From Oopsacas minuta (lineage: Eukaryota > Animalia > Porifera), in the NCBI GenBank assembly GCA_024704765.1, contig JAKMXF010000277.1, forward strand, positions 310,001 through 374,000: DNA of 64,000 nt. The letters run 5' to 3'. This document shows positions 24,816-37,860 of this stretch, in pieces. Under the pieces are notes generated by a model. That model did no database searches, was not told where the DNA came from, and saw only the letters and a list, made by a program, of their open reading frames with translations. A program made the translations under genes and the position numbers. How positions within the stretch are numbered: the first letter of the stretch is position 1; the number at the start of each line of letters is the position of its first letter.

Positions 24816-26544
24816 GCTAGTGCAGATTGTTGGAAGGGAGATAGTCATTCGAGTTTAAATAAAAATACTAATAGTAACGTATTACATCCAATAGTGGTGG
24901 AGTGAATGACATATTCGCCAACCCTCGGGTTTTCTAAGTCTGGATTATTCCGGGATTTCCAAGAGATCGGCCATTCTCATAGGAGACTGTCCGGTACTCT
25001 GTTTGGTAAATAAATTCTCTAATTAAAAGCTTTCAAAAATACTGTGCGAGCGTACGAGCAAAAATGCAAAATTACAACCTGTGGCGGTGTAAGCACGATT
25101 TGGGGATCCCGTCCCTAAATCGGGGACTCTTGGATCCCGAAAACGCTAGCGATATAGAAATCAATCGAGTGATATATATAGGGCCACTACTCGAAGGTAA
25201 GCCTCCCTACCGTCCAGACGTTGGTCTGTGTCTTTGCAAGCGATATCTAGTTGATAAGAAGGATGTAAATCGAATTAGCTTAGAATAAAATGTAAATTGT
25301 AGTAATTAGTATTGATGAATTGTATTAACTATTCTTACTACTGTAGTTGAGGATTTTTGCCTTGGATTCATGTCAATATGTATATATCGGTCAAAACACA
25401 CAGACAGACACCTGAAGGGTGGTGAGAACACTGGGCAACATCCAAGAGCAATATTAACACCAATACAAGGTCAAATTTTGAAAACAGAACCGAGGATCCC
25501 CATAATACCATCTTCCGGGTATCTAGAGCGATTTAGGGCCTTCTCGTCCACAATGTGCAAGCGATTTATGAACGGGATCCCTAAATCGCTGGATACCCAC
25601 ATCGCGGTTACCCTGGCATACATGTCAATTTATTACACATGTATTTTTCTGTGTTACCTCCAAAGCCAAATTTAGGAGAACTGTTACGAAAAAATACTCA
25701 GGCCTGACGAGTTTTGGCAGCCAAAAATGGTCTGGTATAGATTCTTTTAGAACTAGAGGTAATTCATAAAATAAGTTTCACAACTCCTTTCAGCCTAATT
25801 TATTAAATTGTGTCCAAATAACGCTAAAAGCTAGTTACCAGACAGCAGTAAGGAAATCGGGTTGTCAACGTATGTCATAATACAAAACATGGCAGTAGCC
25901 TTTGTGTTCAGCCACCTAAGGTTTTGAAAATTTGGGAGAACATTAGCCTCAACAAATGCCCCAAAAAGCGGGACATACCAGTGTTATTGCCAAAATGGAC
26001 ACAAATAGTACAATGAAACTCATTCCGAGGAAAGCATAGAAATGAATTGATGAGCGAGAGTTGCATTCAGGGTTTCACCCAGGAGCTCTACGCACGCCTA
26101 CAGGCGCGTATTCACAAAAAATTTGTATAGTTCTGAGGAAGAAAATTTTGAGAGTTCAGGGCATGTCACGCGCCTAAACTAGGCGCGCTGTATACGCCTA
26201 ATTTTGGCGAATAATGTAATAATGGTAACAATCATAATGGTCAATTGAATTGCATTATTGTTTATAAGATTAATCAGTTGAATTCATTAATATTGTAAAA
26301 TAATTCGAAAGGTAAACTGTTTATAATTAAAGGGAGGAAGCTTGATAAATGATATATAGGTCGAGTCCTACTGGTTTGACACCTTTGGAATATAGTATTA
26401 ACAGTATAATATGTAATGGATGTATGGTTTACACAATATTTAAGTTTGATGCTTCGAAAATTTAATAGTCTAGGCGAGTAAGTGAATCGAGAACTCATTT
26501 AGGCGCGCTACATATCAAAGCTGGAAGAAACCCTGGTTGCATTA

Positions 26545-27024
26545 ATGCCTTGGAGAGTAATTATCATTGTAAAGGCGGTTCAACCTTTCATTCTATATCT
26601 TTCTTGTCCAAAAGTGAATCCACAAGGAAACATCCAAAAAAATCAAACTACGGTTAGGCCATCAGATCAAGTATACCACCCATATATGCCAATACAAACC
26701 GAATCTCAATGTATAATTCCTAGAGCCCTTCTCATGGGTATTTCTTTAGTTGCCAATGTTATCCTAATATTAGTGGTTATCGTTATATTCATTTGCTTTG
26801 TTAGGATTTAGTAAGGCTAACAAATGCAAAAACTACTAAATGCCGGACAAACACAAGGACCCCATTTCTACAGAAATGACAATAATGAATCATTTGACAA
26901 TTTCCTGGATGAATTGCCATATCCAAATGAAGTCAAAGAAACATCTACTTCGGAATTTGAAGCTATGGCAAATTATATTCCTAACCTTCTGACTGTGGAT
27001 AATCCAGGAATTGTGAATGACTAA
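26545..27024 (+). CDS. Putative small single-pass membrane protein; structure unresolved
   Basis: TM helix LLMGISLVANVILILVVIVIFICFV followed by three in-frame stops and a same-frame acidic ORF. Either spliced or a pseudogene. Confidence 0.3.
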
Positions 27025-27580
27025 ACTGTGAGATGCCAGATACACTGATCTGCAAGTTTGCTTTAAACTTAACTTAGATTTCTATCTCAGGGATTAAACC
27101 TATAGGTAACCCTCATTTAGTGTATAATAATGCCTCCCAAAAGTGTATACTGATACTTACTTACTCTAAGCCCTGTGGCATTATTGTGCCAGAGATCTTT
27201 TATGTATACTAGAATTAGTTGAATTATTGTGCTCTAGTTAGTGGTCCTCAACCTGTATTCACCCACGGGCCCCTTTGTGAAATTTAATGAGATCCACGGA
27301 GCTCTGCCATTAAGCGCATTAACAATAATGCAAAAGGAATTTGGAGCTACTAATTTCTTATTGCTTTACGTCTCAAAATATACTTCCATCGAAATTTACT
27401 GCAAATTTGAACTTTGTGATAACATTTGGATGTCAGTAAATTATGATTTTAAATACAAATCATAGATTGAATTACAAATTATTCAAGGAATTTCGAATAC
27501 AAGGAATTACATTCTAGAGACAGACAACTGATTCTAATACTAATAGAAAGAGCACACACAAGAAATAGTAATTCACATCA

Positions 27581-30500
27581 TTAGATGGTAATGCTGTTAG
27601 GACAACGCTGTGGCATGATATATTTGTACGGTATTTCTAGTTTCTTGTTCCTCTCAATTATATCAGCATTGATAACAGCTAGAGCTTCTTGGTAATCTGT
27701 TACACAAGCTCTCTCTTTGTCCCCTGTAAACCACATCGTTGGATAACCTCCGAGATATATCTTTACACAAGAAAATAAGTAAACGAATATTATAAATATG
27801 AGAATAGATAAATTCATAAAATTTACAAAACGCCAGAACAGAAATAAAAGCGAAAATTATACATACAAACCTCTAGTGATCGACAGTACAATAAGGAGCA
27901 GCCTACTTTGTATTGTATTCATTAGGCACTGGTCTACACAAATATAGACATGCCTCAATTTGAATGAAAAACTTGAAAGTATTTACCGGGTGGGAGACTT
28001 GAAAATTCACATTTTGGACATTTCAAAACTAAATTTTAGCTACATACAACAATAGTTTTCTTGTATCCATGTTCATATAAACTACATTTTACTACAGAAT
28101 GATTATCATTATTTACCTCATCAATACTGTGATATGAAAGTGTATTCACAGTTATTGCAGCCAATGCTACAGTAGTCATTGTCGGTAGAGCTCTCAAAAT
28201 GTCATCTTTCGTGAATGATCCCTTCTGTGTAGGAAGTGGTATTCTGATAGTCGATGGAGAATTTGGTACGAATCCATACATCTGCAACTGACCGAAGTTG
28301 ACAGCAGAATGTTGTACTGAACCAGTGAACATCATGAGTGTACAATATTCTACCAATTCATTTTTTGTCAGAATTTGTTGAGGGAACCCACGACCCTGTA
28401 TTCCACCATGGAATGCTGGAAATGCATAATTATGTATCTCATTAGTCCAATCTCTAAGCTCGCTATCATTCTCAACTTCTGTATCATCTGTGTAGAACAA
28501 GTCTAGTATAGATCTAACAAAACATTCCATTGCATCCCAGATTCTAACTCCATCATCTCTGTAGTAATAGTTTGGTAGTTTATCAGAGTTATCAACACGT
28601 CTCTCTCTCAAATTACGCTTAATGTTACTCCAGTGTACATTATATTTCTCGTTAGTTCGAACAATCAGCTCGTTTTTCCCAGATCTGTCATCTTCACCAC
28701 CAATTGAGAACAATTTGTCCATTATTCCACCAGGATTGGCGAGCGTTTTCCTAGCCACAACATTTACAGAGATTGTGTAACGGAATGCAGGTCTGAGTAG
28801 TTTATACACAGGATGACAATCTGGTAGAGTCCTCATTGTAGCAACTCCATATGCTTCCATCGCAGTATGACACATTACGAAGTGAGTTGCGACTTGCTGA
28901 TGCTATAAAAGTTAAGATTAATATACAATTGATGTCCAATAATATTCCACCAAACAACCGATCCTAGAAACAGATCCTTATTGTATCCCATTTTTTGGAA
29001 GCATACTCAATTGAGATGCTCCCTTCCAAAGTTCTCAGTGGCGTTACCTGAGGGATCGCGGAATATGGATAATACACGTATGTATTACTAATTTACAAAC
29101 AAATTGTATTGAGATTCAAATTTTTGTATACTTTATAATTCATATCATTTCATAGGTTTTCAGATATCAATTGAATGGACGAAATCACTCAACACTGCTC
29201 AGTGTCACATTCCATTAAAATTTCCAGATTGTCGACTACTAATCTCGCCCTAATGTAGCCATACATGATTAAACAGCATTATTCAGTAATACACAACTAG
29301 AATCGATAAATCACCTGAGCGCTTGCACTAGCAAAATACATCTTCGCCATTAACCAGTCTAACCAATTTTCTGATGGTAAGAAAATAGGGTTATCATCAC
29401 CAGGTATTCTCTTCAGTTGTATTGCAATAGGAATAGTGAGGTTAGCAGGCGTTACATAGAGGAGACAGATAGGAGCAGCACAGTGAGTTCCTTCCTTACA
29501 CTGTAATCCATCCATTATCTCACCCAAGTCACAAAAGTATATGTTGTGATCCTAGAACAAATTGTACAAAATACATATGTAAAACACTAGAAGTGTACAC
29601 TGTGATATTTGTGAACCTGGCTCGATTAAGCTCAAGTCATGAAAAATAGTTCACACACACACGAGAGAAAATATGACACAATTATCATCTTTTGGTAGAT
29701 CGTAAATTCACATAATTCATTGCTCAGCAAAAATACTAGTCATTATGATAAGCGCGTTTTTACCTTCATCTCCTCTTCCAAAGTCAGTCCTCTACACAAA
29801 CTATTACAAACCATCTCATTTTTCACTGGGAAGTTGTCTGGTAATTCAGTACACAAAGTAACTAATACACAATTAACTCCATTCAACAATTGCCTTCCAA
29901 ACTCGATGTCACTTATCCAACGGTTTGCCTCACAAGCGTAGAGTATTGTATCATCTAAGTCAGGATTTCCATGTTGATGAATTCTTACATCCATCATGGA
30001 ATTTGCAATTTTTTCAGCCCTGTGTAGGCTTCTCAATGGTTGGTCATTCCAAATAGTTGTGCCAAAAAGATCTGGAGAAAAAACAACATAACTATTGTTA
30101 AGTATTCTTCATCCAGAAGTTGAAAATCAACTTAGCGCGGTATATATGGGGATTAGTATTCATGTACGAGCATACATACAGGTTATCTTCGGCAATTATG
30201 AGAGCACTTTCCTGAGAATTATTCACATGTTGTCACTCAAAATTAACGATATATTTACTGACCTCCAGCAAAGTGATCCTAATATTTATGTGTAGTAAGT
30301 CTTCATAATGAAAGTGATTAGGTTGTATGAACTGAACATACATAGTTACCTGAAAGTTTTATCTTTACGATATTAGTTACGTCACTTCTTAGACCGAATA
30401 CCATTCCCATAAATTTATTTGATTTACTATCTTGAATTTTTGCTTTTTCAAATTCCTCATCCTTTGGAACATAGAAATTTTCATCAATTGCAGAGGGCAG

Positions 30501-32497
30501 ACCAATATCTGGAAATGTTTGCCAGATATACACTTTCTTTCTATCTTCTATTTGTGTTATTCTCTGCTTCATTAGGTTTGGGTAATGTTCAATCTGATTG
30601 ATAGTACCTAGAATTGAGGGCAGTGTATATATGTACCATTTATCCAATTACAGTGGTCAAAAGTGGTCGTCCTATACAGATGGCCGCTATAGAGAAGTTG
30701 GCCTTTTACCTAGCTATACTCACTGGCTATAATTGACTCTTTGTATGTGATCGTAACATCGCTCCGTATTGAATACAGATTTGTGAATTCACCAAGTGTA
30801 ATATAATTCTTTAAATCTTATTCAATTGGAAAATTTGAATGCTCACCGTGTCATTGTACAATGCATGCATGTGGAAAAGTTGAAATATTACAAATTATTG
30901 AGCTTAAAAAGGAAGACTTTGAACTGTTGATATGGAGGAATTGAATTCGTAAGAAATGTTTGAAAACTATATATTATTCAAACTCGAGGAATTCATCGAG
31001 TGCTACGTTGAAATTTCCTATTTGACTTGCGCTATCATTTTCAGTAACAGTTTGCGAATATTGGATCAACTTGAAACAAAATTCACCTGTTTTGAATTCC
31101 TCATTCACTATTTTACATTATATGAGATTATCAGCCTAATCATAACCAACCACACCGTTATACAGAGGCCACTTCTGTATAACGCTTAAGCAGGTTTGGC
31201 TGTATTTCTGCTTGTAATTTCGTACATTACTTAACGCTACAAGGGAAGCGGGTGGTATGCGAAGTGTGACATCCCCAATCTTTTTGTATTCCAAAGTGAA
31301 AAAGCGTGACACAGGGAGGGGAGGTTCAAAGATTAGGGAATTTTGCGTTAAGTAACGTTTGAAGGGCTTCATATATCAGTGTTTCGATATACAAACTAAT
31401 GCTTTCATTTGGTTAAACAGGAATAATACGTAGTAGGATAGTAGTCCAATAACTTGACCAATTGTTGGCACTATTCCCTACACCTAAAGGAGCATTTCTG
31501 ACAGAAAATACCTTAATACATTATATCTTATCACAATTACTCACTACTATCAGCTGGATTACTGAAATGATCTCCTTCTCCTATCCAATGATAGAATGAG
31601 AATGTCAGTTCTGACATTGTTTGGAAATTAATCACATTAGTGAAATCAAGATACCAATTAGCTATAAGATTCATAGCTTTAGGACCTTCATTTCTGATTG
31701 AGACCACTTGAACTTCTCCGAGATCACCCTTACATTCAATTAAATACTCATCAAAGGTACCTCTACGATTCCAAGGTCGTTTTATATGGAATGCTAGATC
31801 TATCGTTTTGGTTGTTGTGTTCTCTCCAATTAATTGAATTGAGTAATGGCTATTTGATCCAGCTGTAGCTTTGCTTCCGGTTACAACACGTATTCCATAA
31901 TATGAGCGTCCTGGCTTAGATTTCTCTATAAGATACAATGGAATATTTAGGCGTACAAAATAACCAGATCGAGAATAGGAGCGCGTTTTTGAAAAGTTTG
32001 TATAATATTCTGCTGTTATTAACGGCCATACACGTATAAAACAGTTCCTTGTACAATGATTTGCGATAAATATCAACAAAATTCAGCACCCATTTTATCA
32101 AAAGGAAGTTACAATGTTTTATAATCTTAACCTATAACAAAAGCTGACTTTGCTGCACTGAATTTCAAATTGGTTTCTGGTAAACTTTAGTTACAAAATG
32201 GATAATAAACGTAAGGGATAACATTGGTAAAACCTGTGATCAGCAATCACCTGCTATTTAAGACCATTTTTTCGGACTCCAGGTGGTCCAAGATAATACA
32301 ATATAATATTCGAAATAATATTTATTAACAAACAAACCTGGTGGTTGAAGTGAGAATGGTGGCAGTATGATGTGATCCACATTAGTTGCTATATCTTTCC
32401 TCTCCTCGTATTTATGAGCACCCCTATGGCAAAGCACTTTATGCTTCATTACTTTCAGCTTTAGTTCTTGTGCCATTAAACTTTCTTTATCACTCAT
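27581..32497 (-). CDS. PLAT-domain lipoxygenase (animal ALOX type), 7 exons, 769 aa
   Basis: Exons 32497-32338, 31925-31545, 30607-30350, 30071-29764, 29551-29315, 28902-28117 and 27760-27581 with consistent GT-AG phases. PLAT motif YGIRVVTG..AG. Catalytic motifs FGRQLLNG, PIAIQL, WLMAK, Fe ligands THFVMCH and QHSAVNFGQ, C-terminal PNSITI. Exon 1 is the least certain. Confidence 0.92.
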
Positions 32498-32566
32498 ACT
32501 TATAAGTTATACCTTTATATCTATTGATACTGTGGAATCTTGTTAGTACAAACACCAACGGGCGGT

Positions 32567-32654
32567 CAAAATTTGCTCTTTAGTTCGTATTAACCGGATT
32601 TATATAAACAAAATTTGCTCTTTAGTTCGTATTAACCGGATTTATATAAACAAA
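32567..32654. repeat. Perfect 42-bp tandem duplication upstream of the lipoxygenase start
   Basis: caaaatttgctctttagttcgtattaaccggatttatataaa occurs twice. Confidence 0.9.
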
Positions 32655-33698
32655 GTTCCCCTGTAGTAGAGAATATTGTCATGCAAGTACGATGGAATAT
32701 GCTGGGCTTACTGATAGTTTGGCACTCATATGTCAATTACCTCAGGGCTTCCAAAACTAATTTAGGGATTTAATAAACACAGTTAGAAGTAATTATTATC
32801 AGTTATATCACTGTTAGACGAGACGTGAATATATTTGCTATTGGCTTCCAAATATTGAAGAAGAGTAACCTTGACATTTGTAGAAGAGAATTAAATTCTA
32901 TTTTTGATATAATTCTTATTACTTCAAGATACAGTCATCACATACATACATTGACATCCGTTCTCATATCTCGAACACTAGTTATCTAAAATAACAAATA
33001 GTTTTGATCCCTCCCTCCTTTAACTATTTAGCTTTATAGAAATTAGAAACACATCTCGCATGTTAACCACGAGACCATCAAGAAGGTTTACAGAAATCTT
33101 CATTATGAAAATGTTCATTAGATTTTCTGCAAACCGCGAAGTACTAATCACGTACCTCTAGGGTTGTCAGATTTTCATAAGACCAAACCCGGACATAATT
33201 TTGGTTTCCAATATTAACCAGATTTGCTTCCTATTCGACAAAAAATTTTAAGGGATAGGATTAACACATCAAACATAGTGCGTAACTAAACTAGCTTACT
33301 CAGGGTGCAGAATAAGTGGGGAGATGGCAAAGCGAGGGAGAGTTGGAATAAACGGGACTGCATATTCGATATCCTCGAGTAGACAGTAGTATACAAGATT
33401 TGAAATATTATATGGATCTGAGGCAGTTATTTGTATAAATCCAAGTAATACCAAATTCATGGGTGAAAAATAATTTACTAGACAGTAGAAACTGGAAAAT
33501 CATATTTCATTTCCATACAAGTATTTATAGATTACTATAGATCTGAGTTGTCAGACAAGGAATACTGAACCATGTGTCCTGTACGTACGAATAACTAGTA
33601 ACTAGGAACATAATTTTAACATAATGAGAAGTCAAAATCCTCCAAACCGGACAAATTGGTTCCATTCCCGGACTCCGGACAAATGGCTCCAAACCCGG

Positions 33699-36520
33699 TG
33701 TAACAGCCTAGATTAGCCTCCCCACCCAGTTTAACCCCGGGTATAGTCTGGGCTAGCCTAGATTAACCCCCAGAAGGGGGGTTAATCTGGGCTAGCCTAA
33801 ATTAACCCCAGATATAGTCTGGGCTAGCCCAGATTCTACCCCTGAGTTAATAGTCAACAAATTATGATGTTATCTGCTTGTAGAATACAAGTGATGTGTG
33901 TGGCGGTGACACTTACAATGTCTATATTAGTGTTTCAACTATTATAAATATACTAGAAGAGCATATGTACTTATTTGATCTATCAATTATATTTACTGCA
34001 TTGTTTTGATGGATGATCAACTCTACAATCAAATATTGCATTTTTTTATATCCAACGAAAACAAATATCCAGGAGAGATCTATAAACTTCCAGCTGAAAA
34101 ACGAGTCAATGCGAAATCACAATTCAGACAAACTGTTAAGCCATATAATTTGAAGGATGGGGTTCTGATGCATGCTGAAAAGCAAGTGTTACGAAAAAGT
34201 GGAGTGGACGCAGTACTTAAAATGTGTCATGATAACCCTGTAACCGGTGGTCATTTTGGTCGTGACAAAACCTACCAAAAGATCGCATCAAGATTCTACT
34301 GGAAAGGTAAATATTTACTAATACTTAATTTAACATTCAATCCGGGAGCAAACTTTCGCACTCAATGGGTAACTCAATGCCACTGTTGGCATATTAAAGC
34401 TTAAGTAAATTCCTTAATTAGGCGATGAAACTTACCTACAATCAATTGTTAGACCGTTGTTAATACATTTGGGTTTATTTTTTCAATAGATGTTGTCAAA
34501 TTCCCAAGATTTGGAATTGTAAACAAATTTCACAAAGTTTCATGATTCCCAAATGTATTCTTTAGGTATGAAGCAAGAAATTGAAATATATTGTAAACAA
34601 TGCATCAAGTGTTTTGAAGTCAACCCAAAACTTAAGATGGACCGTCCTCCACTGTCTTCGATACGCGTACCATCTCAAGTATGGAGTCTTGTAGGAATTG
34701 ATCTCATCGGGCCCTTACAGGAGTCTACAAGTGGCAACAAATATATTGTAGCTATTTCAGACCACTTTTCCAAGTGGTCAGAAGCTAGTGCCATTCCTGA
34801 CAAAACTTCTAAATCTGTAGCTGATTTTCTATACCTAGTAGTTTGCAGATTGGGATGTATGGACACACTTATAAGTGATCAGGGAAGAGAGTTTGTGAAC
34901 GAAGTTATTGATTATCTCCTTGACATTCTGCAGACTGAGCATCGAATTTCTTCTGCTTATCATCCTGAAACAAATGGACAACGGGAGAGAGATAACCGTA
35001 CCCTGAAATCTGCATTGGTGAAATTGGTAAATGAAAAAGGTGATGATTGGGATATGTATATCCCAGGAATACTATTTGCTTATCACACAAGCATTCATGC
35101 TTCTACGAAATGTACTCCATTTCAAGCGATGTATTGTCGTAGTGCGAAGCTACCAATTGATTTATCCATTAAACCTCCAAAATCAATTGAGCAGGCGAAT
35201 CCAAAAGTTTTACAGGCGTTTGGCATGATGCGTGAAGCTATCAACGCCAAAATTGATCTTAATATCACAAACGCGCAGAAACACCAAAAACGCAACTTTG
35301 ATAACCGTCATTCTAATAGTAAAGTGTTATCACCTGGCGCAACTGTGTACATAAAAAACAGCAAGCAAATACATCGAATGGGATCGAAAATGGAACCACG
35401 CTGGATAGGTCCTTACAAAATCATTGAGTTGCTAGATAAAGGACGTGCAATCCTAGAGAATATTAACACAGGTAAGAAACTAAAAAATATATATAATATT
35501 GCAAATTTTAAGGTTTATGATACAAATAACAAAGATGAAGATGCTAAATCAATGAAAAAGAAAACAATTTCAATATCACATTCCAAGATTAAGAAACTAG
35601 AGTGTAAGGATGAGCTAGTTTTAACTGGAGTTAAACAAGGAGTCAAACAATTCAACCCAAACAGACTGTTTTCTCCAATTTCCGCTGATTCTAGAAAAAA
35701 TGTTGCCAAAGTTCTCAACTTGAACATATGCAAGACCCAATACTTTGGAAAACCTGGCTTCCTATCTAAACCCGCGCGGATATACAGAACTAAAGGTGAT
35801 GGTAATTGCTATTTCCGATCAATAAGCTACATCCTAACAGGTTCAGAAGATAGCCATATTATAATTCGTAATAAAGTCGTCCATCACATGAGTGGTAGTT
35901 TGAGTGAAACACTAAGAAAGTATCTTTCTCAAACGGTTGCCAATTATGTCAGCGAAAGTGCCATTGACTCCAGTGGTGTTTGGGCAACCGAGGCAGAAAT
36001 ACTGGCCACAGCTAATCTTATTCAACATGATATCGTTGTGTATGCAAAGAGTGGGGATTCAATGGAATGGCTTACATACCCTGCATCTTTTACATTGACA
36101 GAAACAACAGAAACTGCATTGTATCTGGAAAATTTAGCTGAACACTTCAACGTAGTCATTAATATACAATGATACTAGAAACATAGACAATATTTTCCTA
36201 TCTGTTCATTAGTACCATAGATTCATTATTGTATTAGCAGATGATTAAAAAGAACTATTAATCACTATAATCTCATTGGAAATATTTACACAGGGTATAA
36301 ACTAGGCTAGGCTAGTTTATACCCTGGGGGTTAATTTGGGCTAGGCTAGTTTATACCCAGGGGGTTAATCTAGGCTAGGCTAGTTTATACCCTGGGGGTT
36401 AATCTAGGCTCAGAAGGTATAATCTGGGCTAGCCCAGTTTAAACCCTGGGGTATAATCTAGGCTAGCCTAGTTTATACCCTGGGGTATATTCTGGCGGGA
36501 GGTTAATCTAGGCTGCTACA
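33699..36520 (+). mobile_element. Ginger1 DNA transposon, full length (2822 bp)
   Basis: TGT...ACA termini with imperfect TIR (tgtaacagcctagattagcctccc / gggaggttaatctaggctgctaca), 4-bp TSD CCGG (33695-33698, 36521-36524), subterminal about 33-bp repeats, and no LTR, gag or RT. Confidence 0.9.
34009..36172 (+). CDS. Ginger1 transposase: H2C2 Zn finger, DD35E integrase, GPY/F motif and C-terminal OTU-like cysteine protease; 2 exons, 634 aa
   Basis: Exons 34009-34306 and 34566-36172 join as RFYWK-G-MKQ. Motifs H..GGH...C..C, GIDLIG, SDQGREF, NGQRE (35 residues counted between D and E), WIGPY, GDGNCYFRS, WATEAEI and HFNVV. Confidence 0.9.
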
Positions 36521-37333
36521 CCGGACGTCTGGCAACCCTACGTACCTCGATTGCTGTGATCAGTAGTTCGCGAAATTATAACAGATAGTATAGTATAGAG
36601 GCGGACCTGTGACTGAGAGTGCAGCTTGGAAATCTGAGTTATCTGCCGAATGAACAATGTTTAGTCGACTAAAACAAATAAATTTGAAATCGATGATTTT
36701 CCCCCAATTTGTAAAGATAAAAAGCAAAGAAACTCTAATAAGAAAAATTCACTAACAAAACCATTATTTAACTCAAAAGATGAAAACTTGTTCTTCACGT
36801 TCTTCGAATTGGTCTTTATCTTCCAATCCAATCGGAGGCGTAGCCAAGGCGGTGCGTGATCGGTGGTGTTGCGGTGCACTACCTTGGATTGTGCCCATCA
36901 TCTGAACTTGTTCAGACTAATCTAGGCTTAAAATGGTAAAATAGTACCAGTCTATGAATATATTTAATCTCTGAATGGCTTCGGACAGCACTGTTTAGTT
37001 AAATTGCTAAAATTAGGAAAACATTCAGTACACGCATGTACCATGGATATATTGAGTTAATTTCGAACTTTAACAATATTTAGTCTCAATAAACTGCGAA
37101 ATTCGCTCTGTGAGAGAAAATCTTGTCATTGTATCATGAAAATTGGGAATTACACATAAAATAAACAACAAACTCACAATATCCTCTCTATGGCCAGCAA
37201 AATTAATTATTTTACAAATACAGATTGTAATTAATATGTATGTATTCTTTTGAGGAAATCTATCTCAAAATCCACTATTGTTTCATTTTTGTCATTTCAT
37301 ATTGTTTTGATGTCATTAAAATGAAGTAACTGC

Positions 37334-37421
37334 ATCTGTATGTATGCTATATCTGTATGTATGCTGTATCTGTATGTATGCTGTATCTGTATGTATGCTG
37401 TATCTGTATATATGCTTTATC
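37334..37421. repeat. 17-bp minisatellite, five copies
   Basis: atctgtatgtatgctgt repeated five times with minor variants. Confidence 0.9.
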
Positions 37422-37597
37422 TTACTATTTTTACTATGATGACTCAAGCAGACCAAAATAATTAATAACTATTTGTTACAACATTTTATATTGCTAAGTT
37501 TTCAAAATATGGCAGTCAGCCATCTAGTATTTTAGTAATTTATTGATCTCATTTAAAGTTCAGAGGATACACAAAATTCCTGACAAATACTCTATGG

Positions 37598-37860
37598 CAG
37601 GGGTACTCAAACTTTTAAATCTACGGGCCACTTTAAAATTAGGCTCCGCTTTACGGGCCACAAATCATAGATCGCCTCTGGCTTTAGTTTAATCAATTTT
37701 CAAGCTATACTATTTGACTTCATATTGCATTTAGAAAAAACAATTATTATCTGACGATGGGAGCACGTCAATCTACTGTATATATATGAATAATGAAAGC
37801 AAGCGAACTATCTGCCGGCCATAGCAAATGATCTCGCGGGCCACGGTTTGAGCACCTTGC
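37598..37860. mobile_element. hAT-like MITE (caggggtactcaaac ... gtttgagcaccttg); related piece at 41344-41527
   Basis: Short inverted termini with subterminal cgggccac motifs. Confidence 0.55.

Larger units (their letters stand above)
33159..36540. mobile_element. Non-autonomous hAT-type MITE (about 556 bp empty) split by the Ginger insertion
   Basis: TIRs tagggttgtcaga / tctggcaacccta, with 8-bp TSD cgtacctc at 33151-33158 and 36541-36548. Confidence 0.88.

Noticed and set aside
25080-26520. Palindromic motifs (gggatccc-taaatcg, taggcgcg) upstream of TTC27 as regulatory arrays
   Set aside because: Cannot be distinguished from transposon remnants without genome-wide copy data.
26810-26823. 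Stop-codon readthrough joining two same-frame ORFs
   Set aside because: Three stops in four codons; splicing or decay is more likely.
30090-30270. Micro-exons in LOX intron 3
   Set aside because: Splice-like sites exist, but the combinations I tried gave stops or no gain. Direct joining of 30350 to 30071 is in frame.
31926-32497. Coral-type allene oxide synthase-lipoxygenase fusion
   Set aside because: No catalase-like coding sequence upstream of PLAT; only a short exon.
34006-36172. Gypsy LTR retrotransposon or Polinton integrase
   Set aside because: No LTRs, gag, protease, RT or polB. TIRs, CCGG TSD and an intron fit Ginger1.
36295-36520. CRISPR-like or ncRNA repeat array
   Set aside because: Degenerate tandem units with no unique spacers, eukaryotic context, and explained as transposon subterminal repeats.
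36740-36910. GC-richer island as an exon or structured RNA
   Set aside because: No convincing splice pair, protein motif or known RNA signature.
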